From contig NC_045697.1 of the NCBI RefSeq assembly GCF_009834535.1, forward strand, positions 91,080,001-91,140,000: 60,000 bases of DNA, written 5' to 3'. A model generated the notes under the pieces. It ran no database searches and had not been told where the DNA came from. It was given only the letters and a program-made list of their open reading frames with translations. A program made the position numbers and the translations under genes. The stretch's first letter is position 1, and each line of letters starts with the position of its first letter. The stretch is from Camelus ferus (Eukaryota). Positions 38,883 to 53,208 of this stretch are shown piece after piece.

Positions 38883-41800
38883 AATGTCATCTGGAAACAT
38901 CCTCATCCAGAAATAATAATGTTTAATCTAGGTGCCCTGTGGCCAGTCAAGTTGACACACAGAATTAACCATCATGCCATGGTTCTAAGAATCAGAACTA
39001 TGCAAAAATGTATTCTCAGGGAAGTATGGCTTCCTCACTTATCCTCCTTCCTGTTCTCCCATTCTTTCCACTCTGTTCTCACCTGCCCCTGCTAAGTAAC
39101 CAATCTCAATTAGCTTCTGATTAATCTTCCTGTATTTCTTTTACATTTGCACAAATAAGCTGGTGTGCTTTTTCTCATATTTCTTCTTTTTTATATGGAG
39201 CAGCACAATAGATACTCTTTTTCACTTTGCTTTAAAACAAAAATTTACCAGTATGTCCTGGAAATCACAGAGCTCTTCCACATTAATTTTTTTTTTTTTT
39301 TTTACTGCTGCATCATGCTTCATTAAGTGAATGTACCATAGTTTATTCAGCTGTTCCCCTGTATATGGGAATTTCAGTTGTTTCCAAGTTTTTGCAATTT
39401 CAAACAATGCTGCAATGACTAATTGTGGCATACATTTTTTTATGAGTGTTGTTGGAGGTGTATCTGCAGGATAGATTCCAGTAAGTGAGAATACTGAATT
39501 AAAAGATAAGTGCATACATAGTTTTGTTAGGTATTGCCAAGCTTTCCTCCAGAAGGCTGTACCAGTTTGCATTACCATCAGCATTATGTGAAAATGCCTT
39601 TTTCCTATAAGCTTACCAACAGATTATGTCCTTGTGCTTTTTTATTTTTCCTAATCTAAGAGGTACAACATGGTATCATAGTATTATCTTAATATTATTT
39701 CTCTACTTATGAGTGAATTTAAAGATTTTCATATCCATTTTTGTGAAATCTTTATTCATGTCTCTTCCCCTTTTTTGTATGGGGTTTTGATCCCTCAGGG
39801 TTATTAGCATTTTGTTGTATATGCTGCAGATATTTTCTCTCAATTTGTCAGTGCCTTTTGATTGCATTTCAGTGCCACACTTTATTTGCCATGCAATTTA
39901 AAACATTTTTTATGTAGTCAAAATTTTCAATCTTTTATTGTTTCTGGATTTTGAGTCATAGTTAGAAAGTCTTTCCCATACTAAGGGCTGAAGAGGAAGT
40001 CCCCCTGCTTTCTTTCAGGTGGTTTCATTTTTTTTTTCCATTTAGATTTCTGGTCCACTTGGATTTTTTTGTGTGTATGGTGTAAGTTATAGATCTAATT
40101 TATCTTTTTCCCAATAATGTCCAGTTGTTTGAGCACCATTTATTATAAAGTCCATCTTTGTATCAACGATTTGAGATGCCACCTTAATAACGTATAAAAA
40201 TTCCATATGAACTCAGTGTCTACTTCTGAGCTTTCTGTTCTAGTCCACTGACCTATTTGTCTACTGCTAGCGTCACACTGTTTTAATCATAAAGGATTCA
40301 TATTATGTTTAATGTGGTAGGGCTCCTCTCTTCTCACCTCCATTGGTTTTCTATTTTTTTGTGTTTTTGTGACTATTGTTTCATGTTTTGTTTTGTTTTT
40401 AATAGGAACTTCAATATCAATTTGTCTAACTTCATGAAGACATTTGTTGATATTATCATCAAGATTGCTTTAAATATATAAATTAACTTAGGAGGAACTG
40501 ACATGTTCACAACATTGAGTTGTCCTATCCAAGAACAGATGTCTTTCCATTTATCCAAGTCTACTCTTGTGTCTTTCAGAAATGTTTCTTGTCTATTCTT
40601 GACATTTTATTCTTTTATATGCATTAGATTATACTATCAAGTTCTATTAAAAACTTCATTTATTGTAATTGTATTCAATTGGTAGACTAATTTGAGGATA
40701 ACTGAGATATTTATGATTTTGAATGTTCCAGTTCATGAATAAATAATTATATAGCTCCATTTATTTAGTTTTTCTTTTAGTCTGTCAATACATTTTTATA
40801 ATTTTTTTCTTCATGAAGTCTTACACATCTATTGTTATGTTTATTCCTAGGTCTTTATTTGTTTTTCTTTTTGTTGTTGCTATTGTAAATGGAATCTATT
40901 TTAAAATTACATTTTCTAGTTTTTTGTGGCTGATGTATAAGCATTCTATTTTTATGTATACGTTGATATTTTAATCCACTAGCCTTGCTGAACTCCCTTA
41001 CATAATCTACAAATAATTACAGTTCTGTTTCTTCCTTTCCGATCCTTTACTCCTCTTATTTCTTATCTTATTGTGTTGTTTATATCCTCTAGGATAAAGT
41101 TAACTAGAAGCGATCATAATGGAAGCTTTTCTTCTGTTTGGAATTTAAATGAGTGTTTCTGAATTTCATCATTAAGTATAATATTTGCTGTATATTTTTA
41201 GTAAGTACTTTTTATCAGGTTACGTTCACTTTTGTTTTTTGTTAGCTATCAATTTAATCATTAAAAGATGATTGAATTCTATAAAATATTTTTTTCTGTA
41301 TGTATTGAATTATATGTATATTTTTCTCTTAATATATAATTGTAAGATTTTAAAAATTAATAAAATATTACTATATATCCATATATATTTAAATGCATTG
41401 ATGAAATCCATCTGGTAATATTTTGTTTGGAATTTTGGGGGTTTTGCTCAGAAATGAGATTGATTTTTCAGTTTTGTATCTGTTTGGGGGATCAAGGTAT
41501 AGCTGCCTCATGAAATAAATGTATTTGTGTGTAGATTCCTTTCTCTTCTTTTTCTATTTTCTGGATGATTTTGGAATTGTCTATTCCTTGAAAGCATGGT
41601 AGAACTTCCCTAAGGCCCATGTTTTAAAATTTTGTTCTGGGTACATTTTAATTATTGGTTCAATTTCTCCAGTTGTTCAAGGGTTTTGTTTTTTTTTTTT
41701 TTTCTTTTTGAGTTAGTTTTGGTTCTACAGCTGTTTCAAGGAGACTGTCCTTTTTACTTATTTTCTAGTTTCTAAATACTTTGTAATGTAATTATTCAAA

Positions 41801-43815
41801 GCATCCTTTTATGATTATCAGGTATCAACTATATTTATAACTGCATCTCCTTGTGTTCATCACATCATTTATTCTTACTCTTTTTTATTGAAAGTCTTGT
41901 TAAAAGTTTGTTTTCAAATGAGTTTTGTGATTTGGGTTTTGTGATTCTTTCTGTTGTTTCATTGCTTTTAGTTCATTAATTTTTCAGTCTTTATCATTTT
42001 CTTTCCTCTATTCAATTGTAACTCAAATCTTGCCCTGCTTTAGCCTCCCTCCATGGAATTTTGGATGTGGTCTAAAAAGGGGTCATAATAGTTGTTCAAG
42101 GGAGTAGAACATTAGGATACTTTCATCAGTTCACTTTTTAGCTTTTAGAAATCACAGCATAAAGTTTAGTCAATTATAGAGGTGCATGATTATCTGTGAG
42201 TAGTAACCTTTCTTGGTCTTTAAAAAAAGTAGTTTACCTTCACTTCTAAATGAGAGTTTAGCTGGGCATTGAATTCTATGTTCATGATTATTTTTGCATA
42301 GAACTTTGAGATCTCTTTGTCTTTGAATTGCTGAAGTTTCATTATGTTGTGGCTAGCTTTGGGTTTAGTTTAATTTATTCTTCTCAGAACTTACTGAACT
42401 TCAAGATTTAAGTCCCTTGGTCATTTATGGAAAAAAATTCAGCCATTATCTTAAAAATTTTTTTTGTGTCCTGTGTTCCATTTTTGGAATTAAATATATG
42501 TTAGACCTCCTTATTCCATCTTCCATGTCTCTTAATCTTTTATATTTTCCAAACTGTTATGTCTTGTGCCTTTTGTATAATTTCCTCAAATCTGTTTTCC
42601 AGTTTATGAATTCTCTTGCTATATCAAATTGCTGTTTAACCCATTCATTTACATGTTCAATTTCCTTGATATCTCCCTACACTAATGGGTGGATTTTTTA
42701 CTTAGACTGCCCCTTCACATAGGGTACAGTCCTTTAAGGGTTGCAACTTTTGTGCAGTGTTTCCAGTTCCAATTCTCTGCTCACATGGGCCAGTGCTCAC
42801 CTAAAATCCCCATATGAGCATGAAATTCCTAGCACTTAGGTGAATAGATCAATAATAAACTCTCTGTCACTATACGGCAGCTACATCATGAGCAGACACT
42901 TTGAAACTTTGTTCTGTTTTCAATTACCTCTTTGTTTCTGGTGCCTAAAGATTTTTCTTTCTTGTGAGCTTAGCTATGAATTTAAAACATTTAAAAATTA
43001 TATTTTATCCAGCATTTCTGTGTTTTTATGGTGAGATTTATCTTAGTCTGCATTTTGCTAAAACAGAAAGTCTTGAGTAATACTTAATAATGAGGGGGAA
43101 AAAACCTCTCCATATTTGTTTTAAGAAGAGAACGCCAATCTGTGTTGATCTGGGACCAGGACAAATTACTCAAACAGCACAAGCCAGAAGGCTGGCTGTG
43201 TCTGTGTTTTGAAGTATGATGACCCATAGGTCCCAAATCTACCCTACATCCACATCTTGATGGCCACATAATCTGGCCTCAGAGAGCAAGAGCAATTACA
43301 GCGGGTTTGCTGTAAGTCCTTGTGAAGTAACTCATCATAGTGAGTATCAGAATTTCGAGTTCTAGTCATGGCTCTACCACTGACTCAGAACTTATTATTG
43401 GTCAGGATGACCAGGACCTAATTATTTATTCAGTAATTTATAATCTTAATTAATTAGATTTTATTAATACAACAAGAAAAGAATTGTCAAGCACCTACTA
43501 AGCCAAATCCTGGAGATATGAAATAGAAGCAGATGAAAGCTGCAGCTAAGGAACTTACAGTTCAGGAGGAGGAGACTAGCTTGGAAGCACTTATCATATC
43601 ATAGCAGTTTGGAAGGACTATTGTCAAAGTCCAAAGGACAGAGTGGCCAGTTGAATCTTAACGATGGGAGTGATAATCAAAAATGTTTCAAGAGTAAGAA
43701 ATGAGAGAATTGGAGGCCTATGACCTTGCAATCAGAGATTTTTAGAAGAATATTTAAGGAGAGTAAGCTCCTTAATGAGTGTCCTCAATGCCTTTGGTGG
43801 AATGGTTACAAACGT

Positions 43816-43885
43816 ACAGACTTCTTGTATCCTTTCCTGGGTATCAGGAGACAGACTTCTTGTATCCTTTCCTGGGTATCAGGAG
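43816..43885. repeat. Perfect 35-bp tandem duplication
   Basis: acagacttcttgtatcctttcctgggtatcaggag x2. Confidence 0.97.
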
Positions 43886-44645
43886 AGAGACCTGCAAAAT
43901 GTTTGAGACTGCTCAAGAGCTGCCCTATAGGACCCATGGGGTCTTGCCCTTCTCTAACCATTCAATAAATAGCACTCAGTGGAGATTCTGGCTGAGGATA
44001 CTTGTTTTCAAAACAACAGCTCTGAGCCAACCTACTTAAGTAGTTCCATATGTTTCTATGGAGAGTTTATGGATGGTGGCCTTTGGAATTCTTTTGTTTA
44101 TCACTGGGAATCCAAGTCCTGAAAGCTGCTAACCAACCATGAGGTTTGCTGGTTATACAAGCTGTTGGACCTCTTAAGGACTTTGACATAAAGACCACTT
44201 TCCGTGGAGTAAGAATTAGTGGTTTAAAAGAGTGCACTTAACAGTATCACGTAAGTATCAGTTTCTGTATGCCATTACTGGCCAGGCTTTTCTTTTTTTC
44301 TTTTTAAACTGGTTTGTGGTGCCTTGTGTGTGCATTTAAGTCTCTTAAAGGGAAATCTGAGCAAAGCCTTCAAAGACATATAATCAGAGAGGTATTTGTT
44401 TGTTTGTTTGTTAATGAATGACTATCTTCAGTAGACCTAAAACCCAGACAGAAAGGTGGGTCCTTCCCTACCTAGGGTCCCAAGGCACAGCTGCTGAAGA
44501 CACTGAGGACCCATCCTGTCTCCCCACCCCCACCAGGACCCAGCTTGCAGTGATGTTCTTCTATCCTTTACCCACCTAATGCCAAACACATGGGGGTTCT
44601 ATCCTGTTTCCAGGAAAGAGGTTTCCATGGATTGCCCCATCAGCC

Positions 44646-44918
44646 TTAATAATAGCTGCTATTTACTGAGCTCTTTGTGCCAAGCACTGTACTCTTTTTA
44701 TGCTTTGTCTCCTTTAATCCTCACAATAGCCCAGTGAGATGGGTGCTATAATTATTCCTCATTTTACAGATAAGGAACTCGAAGCTCAGGGAGTCTGAGC
44801 AATTTGCTTAAAGTTACTTAATAGCTGCATTAGCCTCCTACTTAGAATTCCACTATGATTGGCAGAGATGGGACCTGAATTCAGGATGCCTGACTCAAAG
44901 CTCTTATCCACTATGCTA
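44646..44918 (-). mobile_element. MIR SINE
   Basis: ctcattttacagataaggaactcgaagctcag core. Confidence 0.85.
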
Positions 44919-46469
44919 TATACCCTCCCATCCTCTTCGGAAAGTACTTTTAGCTTGATCTCTAAGCCTCCCTTCCAGCTCGGAAATGCTATGGTTCTTC
45001 TCTAATGTCAGTCGTGTTGCTATCCGTGCTGTTTTCATATGAAACAATGCAAAAAAGAGGCTGGTCATCTCCCTTTACAGAACAGTCCTTCACACGTTTG
45101 AAAACCATCCATGGCTCATTATAGAAGCTTATGCACAGAATGAACTGACATGGCTGGTGCTGGAGGGTAACACCCTAGAAAGACATCTCTGCCTGGCACA
45201 TATTTCTTAGGGCTGACAAGTGAGTCAGCAGAAGTGAACAGACGATAACATGTTTGGTTTTAACACGATGAGTCAGCCCTGAAATCTGGCCAGCTTTAGT
45301 GTAGCCCCCTGAAGTTTTAACAGAATATTAATTGCCCTGTCACTTCCCGTTCCACACAGCTGGGTGGGATTGCTACCAGCCTCACTGTTGAGAAGTTACA
45401 CATTTCAGCCCAGCCCAGAAAGGTTTCCTGTGGTGGGTGAAATGACAACATGCACAAAGGTCAAACTCCAGATGTGGGAATCTGACTTTTTCTCCTCTTG
45501 GGGAAAACATTGCCTCATTACTGCCTTAGAAGATATTCAATACAGGTTTAAGGCCAAAGTCTACTGAAAGATCCAAGTTCCTCCAACCTGGAGGATGCTT
45601 GTCTATTTCATGTAAATTTATCTAAGTCTTTGAGACCACCTATTAGATTCTTGAGCCCAAGGAACCAGAGGAAGGGGGAGGGTATTTAGGGATTTCTGAA
45701 CGAGGGGACCTGGACCAAGAAGTTGTGGCTTGCTTCTTGAAGTTGGAAGTCAGTTCAAGAGGAAGAATGGGTTATTTTTGGACTAATAACTTGATTGGAT
45801 AGAAATGCCAGGAGGTGGTGAATGAGTACACAGCAGTTTGGTGGGGAGTTTACCATTCATTCGTTCATTCATCTATTTATTTCACGGGAATTCATATCAG
45901 GTTTGCATAAATCATCCATATTATTCCAAGAGAGGAAAAGAACACTAACTTCTTAATTTTTCTTTGTTAAGTAAAATAATGTTTCTCCCAAGTTTCCACC
46001 AGTGGATCCCAAGGTGGGAGTTAAATTTTAGTCCAATTTGGTCAACTTACTCCAATATAATGAATCTAGGTAAATACTTAGTTTCCATTTATCTAACATG
46101 TTTCTTCTCCCTACTTCTGCTCCTATGCAAGTTGACCTCAGAGTATACAGCTGGCAATGAGTGGAATCCCTAGCTCATAGGATTTGTGGCACTGCCAGCA
46201 GGATAAGGGGCCTTTTGAATCCTCACTGGTCACTGTGGCAGAGAGGTTGATGTGATTTGCTCCCTGGACTGGGAACCACCAAAGTATGTGATGTCCTTGA
46301 TGTACTGGCATTCATCCTTGGAGCCCTGGTCACAAAGTCCATGCCTGTGGTGGTGACTAGGAGGGGCTGCTTTTGTTCTGACCCTGAGCCCCTGCTGCTT
46401 TACCAGCACTCTCTGCTGTGGGAATAGAAAAAGGAATTAGCTTTTGGAGGAGTAAATATGTCAGTGAAC

Positions 46470-47312
46470 TTTTGTTCCAGTGATGCTGTGTAACAAAATC
46501 CATTGAGTCCCATGGTCATACAGCAATAAACATTCATTTAGTTCAGGGGTTAGCAGTCTTTTTCCTTAAGGGGCCAGACTGTAAATACTTCAGTCTTCTC
46601 AGGTCATGCAGTCTCTGTCACAGATGCCCTTTCCTTGTAGTGTAAAAGTAGCTACAGACAATATATAAACAAATGAATGTGTCTATGTTCCAATAAAACT
46701 TTATTTATGGACACTGAAATTTGAATTTCATATAATTTTAATGTTATGAAATGTTATTTTTATTTTTTCCAGCCATGAAATTGAAAGTGATTGTTTGTTC
46801 CATCAGCCATACAAAAGCAAGTGATGGGCTAGATTTGACCTGTGGGCCATAGTTGGCTGACCGCTGATTTAGCTCGTGACTCTACTCTACATTAGGCTTG
46901 GCTGCTCTGCTTCACTTGTTCATGAATCTGTAGTCAACTGTGAGTTGGCTCAGCAGCTCTGCTGATTTAGGTTGGGTTCATTCACTTGTCTGGGGATTGG
47001 TGGGCTGCTCTAGGATAGTCTTAGCTGGGTGACAGTTGTGTCAACTTGCCTCTGCTAAATGGCTAGCCAGCCCGTTAGCCTCAACATGGTCTCACAGCAA
47101 TGGTAGAGGCACATAAGTACAAGTGGAAATGTGCAAGCACTTTCAGAGCCTCTTCTTAAATTATTTTTGCTAACACCCCATTGGCCAAAGCAAGTCCCCT
47201 GTGTGAAATCAGAGGCATGGGTGGAACAGAATGTTCTATCCAAAGCATGAAGGCACTGCCAAGGTACATGGCAGAAGTGAAGTACTGGGGCAATGAATAT
47301 AATCACACTACC
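46470..47312 (-). mobile_element. MLT1G/H-like MaLR LTR (host of MER58B)
   Basis: gatgctgtgtaacaaa...cagcaataaacattcatttag start; ccattggccaaagcaagtc...aatcacactacca end. Confidence 0.75.
46544..46866. mobile_element. MER58B-like hAT-Charlie MITE
   Basis: caggggttagca...ggctgaccgctg termini; gttccaataaaactttatttatggacactgaaatttgaatttcat; 8-bp TSD atttagtt/atttagct. Confidence 0.9.
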
Positions 47313-48524
47313 AAAGGACCTAAATTAGAAAGAATTTTTAAAATATTCTACTTGTGACCTCCTCCTTTAGGTATGATGCTAGACTAGGGTATGAATGTGA
47401 AAGGTATAAATGGGGGACATAGGCAGGTGAAACAAATAAGTGTGATAAGAGAGGGTAGAGTGTGTGCAAAGCTGTAGAAGCATGAAATCGATCGATCTCT
47501 CTCTCTCTCTATTTCTCTCTATCTATCTAGATGATAGGGATGTTCTTTCTTTTCGTTTTTCTTCCTTTCCTTCCTTCCTTAAAAAAAATTGAACTGAATA
47601 AGAGGGGAAAATGGTGCCCCATATACTACAAACACTGACTAGAGTCCTTGACATCATAGGAAACTCCTTGACTCGTTTTGTGAAGGTTGGCTGTACCCCA
47701 AAATTCCACTGTTTCAAAGTAGAGTCGTGTGTATGGCTTAGGTTTTATGTAAGGACTCTGGGGGATTTGGTTATAAAACCTAATGTGCTGTCTGCCTAGT
47801 TTCTCAGTGGCAAAACTGAAAACTAGATCTATTTGTTATGAAACTTTAAACATAAATTTTCTTCTTATAATTATGCATGTGCCTTTGAAGCTTATTGTAG
47901 TCAATATAAGACCCTACAATTTAAAGTGAAAATCAAATATGTTTGGAATGAAACATCATAGGTTTCAGAATGGAATATTTTAAAGTGTAAAAAAACAAAA
48001 AGGTTCTGTGTTTATGTTACCTACATGTTAATGGTTTGCCCTTTTCCTTATCTTCTAAGTCCTGCTGTCCAAGATCCCTTGATTCTTTGGTTAGAATCAA
48101 TGATGTCATTAAAAAGGAATGTTTGGAGGCTTTTTTCTAACTCCACCCTCTGTATTTCACATGGCATTAGCTTCACCAGGAAAACAGGCTTGAAATAAAG
48201 TTAGAAAAGAGTGATTGTGTTTTGCTTTTATATTTTGCTGCTTTTCCCTCTTGATTATCTGGTTTAAAAAAGAACCTTTATCATCCTTGAAGTTTTATGT
48301 TGATCAGACATTTTGTTCCTATAACTTTCTCTAATTTTTTTTCACATTAATTAATGAAGGAAGCACAAGGGGATCTGAAATAAATCTGACTATGAACTAG
48401 CAGGATGCTGGGGAGCTCTCCATTTACCCCAGAGCTGGTCATCTCTGCAGAAGATGCTACTGATGGGAAACTACTCTGCTGAAGTGGTCTCATCCAGGCC
48501 CATGAATCTGCTGATGACTCCTGA

Positions 48525-49495
48525 GTCACTATCTCCAGCTCTATTTTTGCTCATACCTTTAGATTTGTATATCCAACTATTGCTTGACATCAAGAGACCC
48601 TTCGATGTCTAACAGTCAATGTCAAACTCTACACGGCTAAAAGATACTCTTGATTCTGCATCCAACTCATCCACCTGCTCCTCTCCCAACCTCCCCCATC
48701 AGTAAATAGAACCACCATCTATGCAATTGCTTAGTCAAAATCCTAGGAGTCACCCTTCATCTCTCACTTTATTTCATACCTCACCTGTCATCCATCATCA
48801 GGTCCTGCCATCTGCACACTGTATTCAAAGCTGCCCACTTCTCAGCACCTCCAATGCTACAGCCCAACCAAGGCACTGCAACAGCCTCCTAACTGGTCTC
48901 TGCTTCCTCCCATAAGCCATTTTTATACAGCAGCTGGAGAGATCTTTTTAATAAGCAATGATCAATCTACTCTCACTCTTACATTTATTTTATTGCTTCT
49001 TTTCACTTGAAATAGAATGTAAGCTCTTCACCAAGGGCTACAAAGGACTCACACCCAAACCTCCCTTCTCCTGTTCCCCCTCTCAGCCTCTGTCTCTACC
49101 TACACATTCTGTCCCTCAACCTTCCCAATGCACCACGCTTCTAGGGCTTTGCCATTCCCAGCTGGAATGTTCTTCTTCCAGAAGGTCCCCTAACTGCTTT
49201 CTTCTCAACATTCAGGTCTCAGATCAAATATGTGGTCCTCAAAGAGGCCCTCTTGAGCTTCCCCAGTAGAAGCAATAGCACGGCTCTTCTCTCATCACTC
49301 TGTCCTGTTGTAATGATTATTTTATTTTCTTCTTAGTTCTTAAAACTCTCCAAAATACTTGTGTGCTTATTCTTTGTCTTCCCTACCAGAATGTAAACTT
49401 GATGAGAATATGGATTTTGTCTTTTCATTTTGGTATGCCTGGCACCTGTACAGTGCTTAGGACAATGCAGGTACTCAAGAAATATTTGCCAAATT
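48525..49495 (+). mobile_element. L2 3' kilobase
   Basis: gcaacagcctcctaactggtctc body; ccagaatgtaaacttgatgag...gtactcaagaaatatttg tail. Confidence 0.85.
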
Positions 49496-49539
49496 AAAGA
49501 AAAGACACTAATCAGGGAGGATTTATCTTGAGGATCTAG

Positions 49540-49624
49540 GGGTTTTTTTGCATTCTTTTTTACTGAAGTATAGTCAGTTTACAATGTTGGGTCAATTTCT
49601 GGTGTACAGCATGTTTCAGTCTTA
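49540..49624 (-). mobile_element. Very short L1 3' tip
   Basis: ttttactgaagtatagtcagtttacaatgttg...tttctggtgtacagcat; flanked by tgaggatctag / tgaggaactag. Confidence 0.7.
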
Positions 49625-52242
49625 TGAGGAACTAGTTTTTTTAAGAGCCTGCAATGGGTCTGAAATTCTACCAGGTGCAGGTACTTTTCTCTTACTTTTA
49701 GCTCTTAAGAGCCAGGCCCACACTGCTCAGTCCTGGTTTCTTCTGATTCATGCTCTCATCTTCTCTGCATCAGCATTACACTCACCAAACATTTATCTAG
49801 CTCCTATTATACTCCAGTCACTGTTCTAGGCCCTGGGGAGGTAGACTTGAATAAGACAGACACAAACTCTGCTTTCACGGAGCTTATGACCTATCTGGAG
49901 CGTGTGTACCTTTGTCCACTCCCCTATACCACACAAATGTGAGGGAATCTGCTCTGTACCAAGGTGGCCTTGGTGGGAATTAATCCAGACAGTACATGAG
50001 TTTCCCCTGTTTGTCAGAAGTATAATGGGTTCTCTAACTGGATTGCCTGGTTGACCCATAAAGGAAAAGGTGAGACAGAGCCTAGGCCAGGGTAGTACCA
50101 GAATGGCCTTAAGAATGGGGTGCAAACAACAGAAGAACCAGTCTGCTTGGCACTAACACATGGCCTCATCCTGCTGGCAGCTGCACCAGCCCTGTTTAGG
50201 AAGTTTACAAGTGAACTTAATTAGAGCTCAGGCGCCCAGAACAACCCAAGTGTGCCGGCATCTACTTCCAGCTCAGAGGAAGAGGGCCTTGGTGGCCAAA
50301 GCTGCTGTCCTTGGTTTGTCTCTGCTGTCTGTGGGCAAAGCTATATTTTAAACCTGAAATTACAGTAAGTTCACTAGTAACACTGTTAGAGACCATTTTA
50401 ATTAGAAAACTCCTGTGTAGTCCAAGCAAACTAAATTACGAAGATAAAGCTTTTGTCTCAATGAGCAGTGAACAGCCAGGTTAGTGTCTAACTTAAAAAA
50501 AAAAAAAATCACCATATTTAAAATCATTTCATTGTCCTAAGGAGTCAACTTCTTTTCTCTACAAAAAACTACCAAAACAAAGAGAGTCCTTCACTTGACA
50601 ATATCCTTTGAGGCTACCATTCTAGGGAGTGTGAATGACAGGGTGGTGGAGTCCTCAGAGGTCACAAAGACGGGACATTCCAAAGCCCAGACTTGACAGT
50701 ATTCCTTTTTCTTGTGCAAAGGCCAGTTATTACCACCTCCCCTACCCCACTCCCTCCCTCTCCTTGTAACTTCACTCCCTGGCAAGATAAATGTGATCTT
50801 AAGGGCCAAATGAAGTGATGTTCTGGAATTTAAGGCAGATTAGATGTGTATTCTCAGATGGGCTGCTTCTTGTAAGTGACCAAGCCTCTTGATATTTTAA
50901 GTATTTGCCATCTCTCTTGAGACTGAGCAGATTAATGATGAAAGAAGGGGTGATTTTTTTCCTTCTCTACTCAGCCTTTGAACTTCCTGCTCTGGCGTTC
51001 AGAGTTCTTCCTCCATATTTGTCACATCACAGTCACTTGTACATAGAAGGCGTTTGTTTCCCAAGGCCCAGAGACAGCACTCTTTTATTTCACCTGCTGA
51101 GGCTGACACACAACTTCCCCTCATGTGTAGAATTGTCATAAGTACCACTGTGCCCTTCTGAACCCTAGGTAGGTATGAAATATTGGTGCCTGCTAGTGAG
51201 CTCATTCACCTTGTAATTTGGAAGGTTACCTCTGAATAGTCCGTTATAAAATAACAAAAGGAACAATATATATTCTGGTTCCAGTTTTACAAGAAGGACG
51301 AGTTCATGGCTTACAGCTGGAGATGCTAAATTTTCCTTAAGTTTGTTGTGCTTTTTAAGTAACTGCTGAGATGTCTCACAAGGTCTAGATTCAGTTTATT
51401 GAGTGCCTAAGAATTTGGCTATAGGGCATTATTTTAAAATCATAGCCATGTATAATTTTGGTTGCTTGCTTATATCCATATCAGAGTCTCCTCTCCTCTT
51501 TGTAGATGCTCGTTAGGGTCTCTTTTTATTCTAAACATTTTTATTCCAAATAGCTAGCATTTGGGGTTTGTTTGGACCATTTTTAGTCTGCAGAAATCCT
51601 GAGGCATAAGAATGGCTGTTTCTTTTTCATTTTTAAGATGGTTTGCTTGCAAGTGTTTTTTTTCCACCTCCTTAGGAGTGATAATTGAGTTATCTGTATG
51701 TTATTTAGGGCCACTCATCTTAAGGGTAGTCCGTTTTGTAGGTGAGTGTTCAAAATCTTTCAGTTGCTACCAATATAGAATAAACTCTCACACTTGACTT
51801 CAGAGTAGGGGTCTGCTCAATTGCTTCTTGTCAAAGTCTCCAAGAACTGAATTTTTCCCTAGTTATTTCTTGAATTTACAAATCCAAGTTTTTATTTAAT
51901 CAAAGGAACTTCATGGGAAAACAGCAGTATATGAAATACTCATTCACAACAGTGATAGTGTGATTGAGAAATAATAGCAGCTGCCCTAAATTCACGGCTG
52001 TGAGAACACAATTAAAATTTTAACACGTTTTGTGAACCACTTTCCTGTAGCTTTCAGCTTTCAAAGGAATGGGAAATGTATATGGTGCTTAAGTATAAAC
52101 TTCTACTTGAAGCCCTGTTGTAAGTTTAATGATGAGAAAATATCTTTTTTCTTTGACAAATTCAAACATATTGACCTTATGGATTTTGATAGTTGCTGAA
52201 ATTCCTAGGTTTAGTCTCAAAGTACATCTTCAGAATACTGAA

Positions 52243-53208
52243 TGCAAAGATTCTCAAAACTTTGTGTGCATAAGAATCAGCTGTTGAACTTGTTAAAAAT
52301 GCAGATTTGGCTCAGTTGCTGACAGACTTTTAGGTAGTATGAAGTTTCTGACTATTATGAACAGCTGTGAACATTTTAGGTCGTGTCATTGTGGTGAACA
52401 CGTGTGTATTTCTGTGGGGCATATAGCTAGGAGTGGAATGTCTGCATCATCAGTTAGCCACATATTCAGTGTTAGTAGAATAATGCCAGAAAGGTGGCAT
52501 CCAAGGTGGTTGTACCAATTTAGAGTCCCTCTGTCAGTGTATAAGCTATTTTGTTGTTCACATCCTCACCAATGCTTGGTATTTTCTGTTTTAATTTTAG
52601 CCATTCTGATGGCTATATAGAGGTATTGCATTATCATTTAAATTTAAATTGAATGGAGAAATACATTTTGGTATAATCACACAATGGAATACCATTCAGC
52701 CAGAGAGAAGGAATAGTCTGTAACTACATGCAACAATACAGATGAATCTCGCAAATACAATTGATAAAAGAAGCCAGACATAAAAGAATGCATACTGGAT
52801 GATCCATTTATAGACTTAAAAAAAAAACAACCCAAAAATTTAAAGGAAACTAATCTGTAGCCTTATAAGTTAATGGCTAATCTTGGGGTAGGGAAATAGG
52901 TTGTGATTGGAAGGGAGCAGAGGGGGCCTCTGGGATATTGGTGATACTCTGGTTCTTGATCTGAGTGCTAGTTTTTCAGATGGGTTTAGTTGTGAAACTG
53001 CAGCAAGGTGTCCATTTATGGTATGTGTGCTTTTCTTTTTGTGTATTATACTTTCTATTAAAAAATTTTTTTCCAAGTACAGATTTTTTTTCAGGCCCTT
53101 ACCATGAAAAACTTGGTCCTTTGATGGGACCTGGGACTTGGCATGTTTAACAACCACGGGGATAATTAGGATGCAAGTGGCCTCAAAGTGCACTCTGAGA
53201 AACATTGG
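52243..53208. mobile_element. MER5-like hAT MITE split by an L1 insertion
   Basis: ttctcaaaactttgtgtgcataagaatca...ttgttaaaaatgcagatt on the left; cactctgagaaacattg on the right. Confidence 0.65.
52309..53074 (+). mobile_element. 5'-inverted old L1 (minus segment about 52309-52648, plus segment about 52650-53070)
   Basis: Antisense ORF2-end sequence followed by sense gaatggagaaata...caatggaataccattcagc and the 3' UTR; degenerate TSD aaatgcagattt/aagtacagattt. Confidence 0.75.

Noticed and set aside
43816..43885. CRISPR-sized 35-bp direct repeat
   Set aside because: Only two adjacent copies, no spacer, no cas genes, mammalian context
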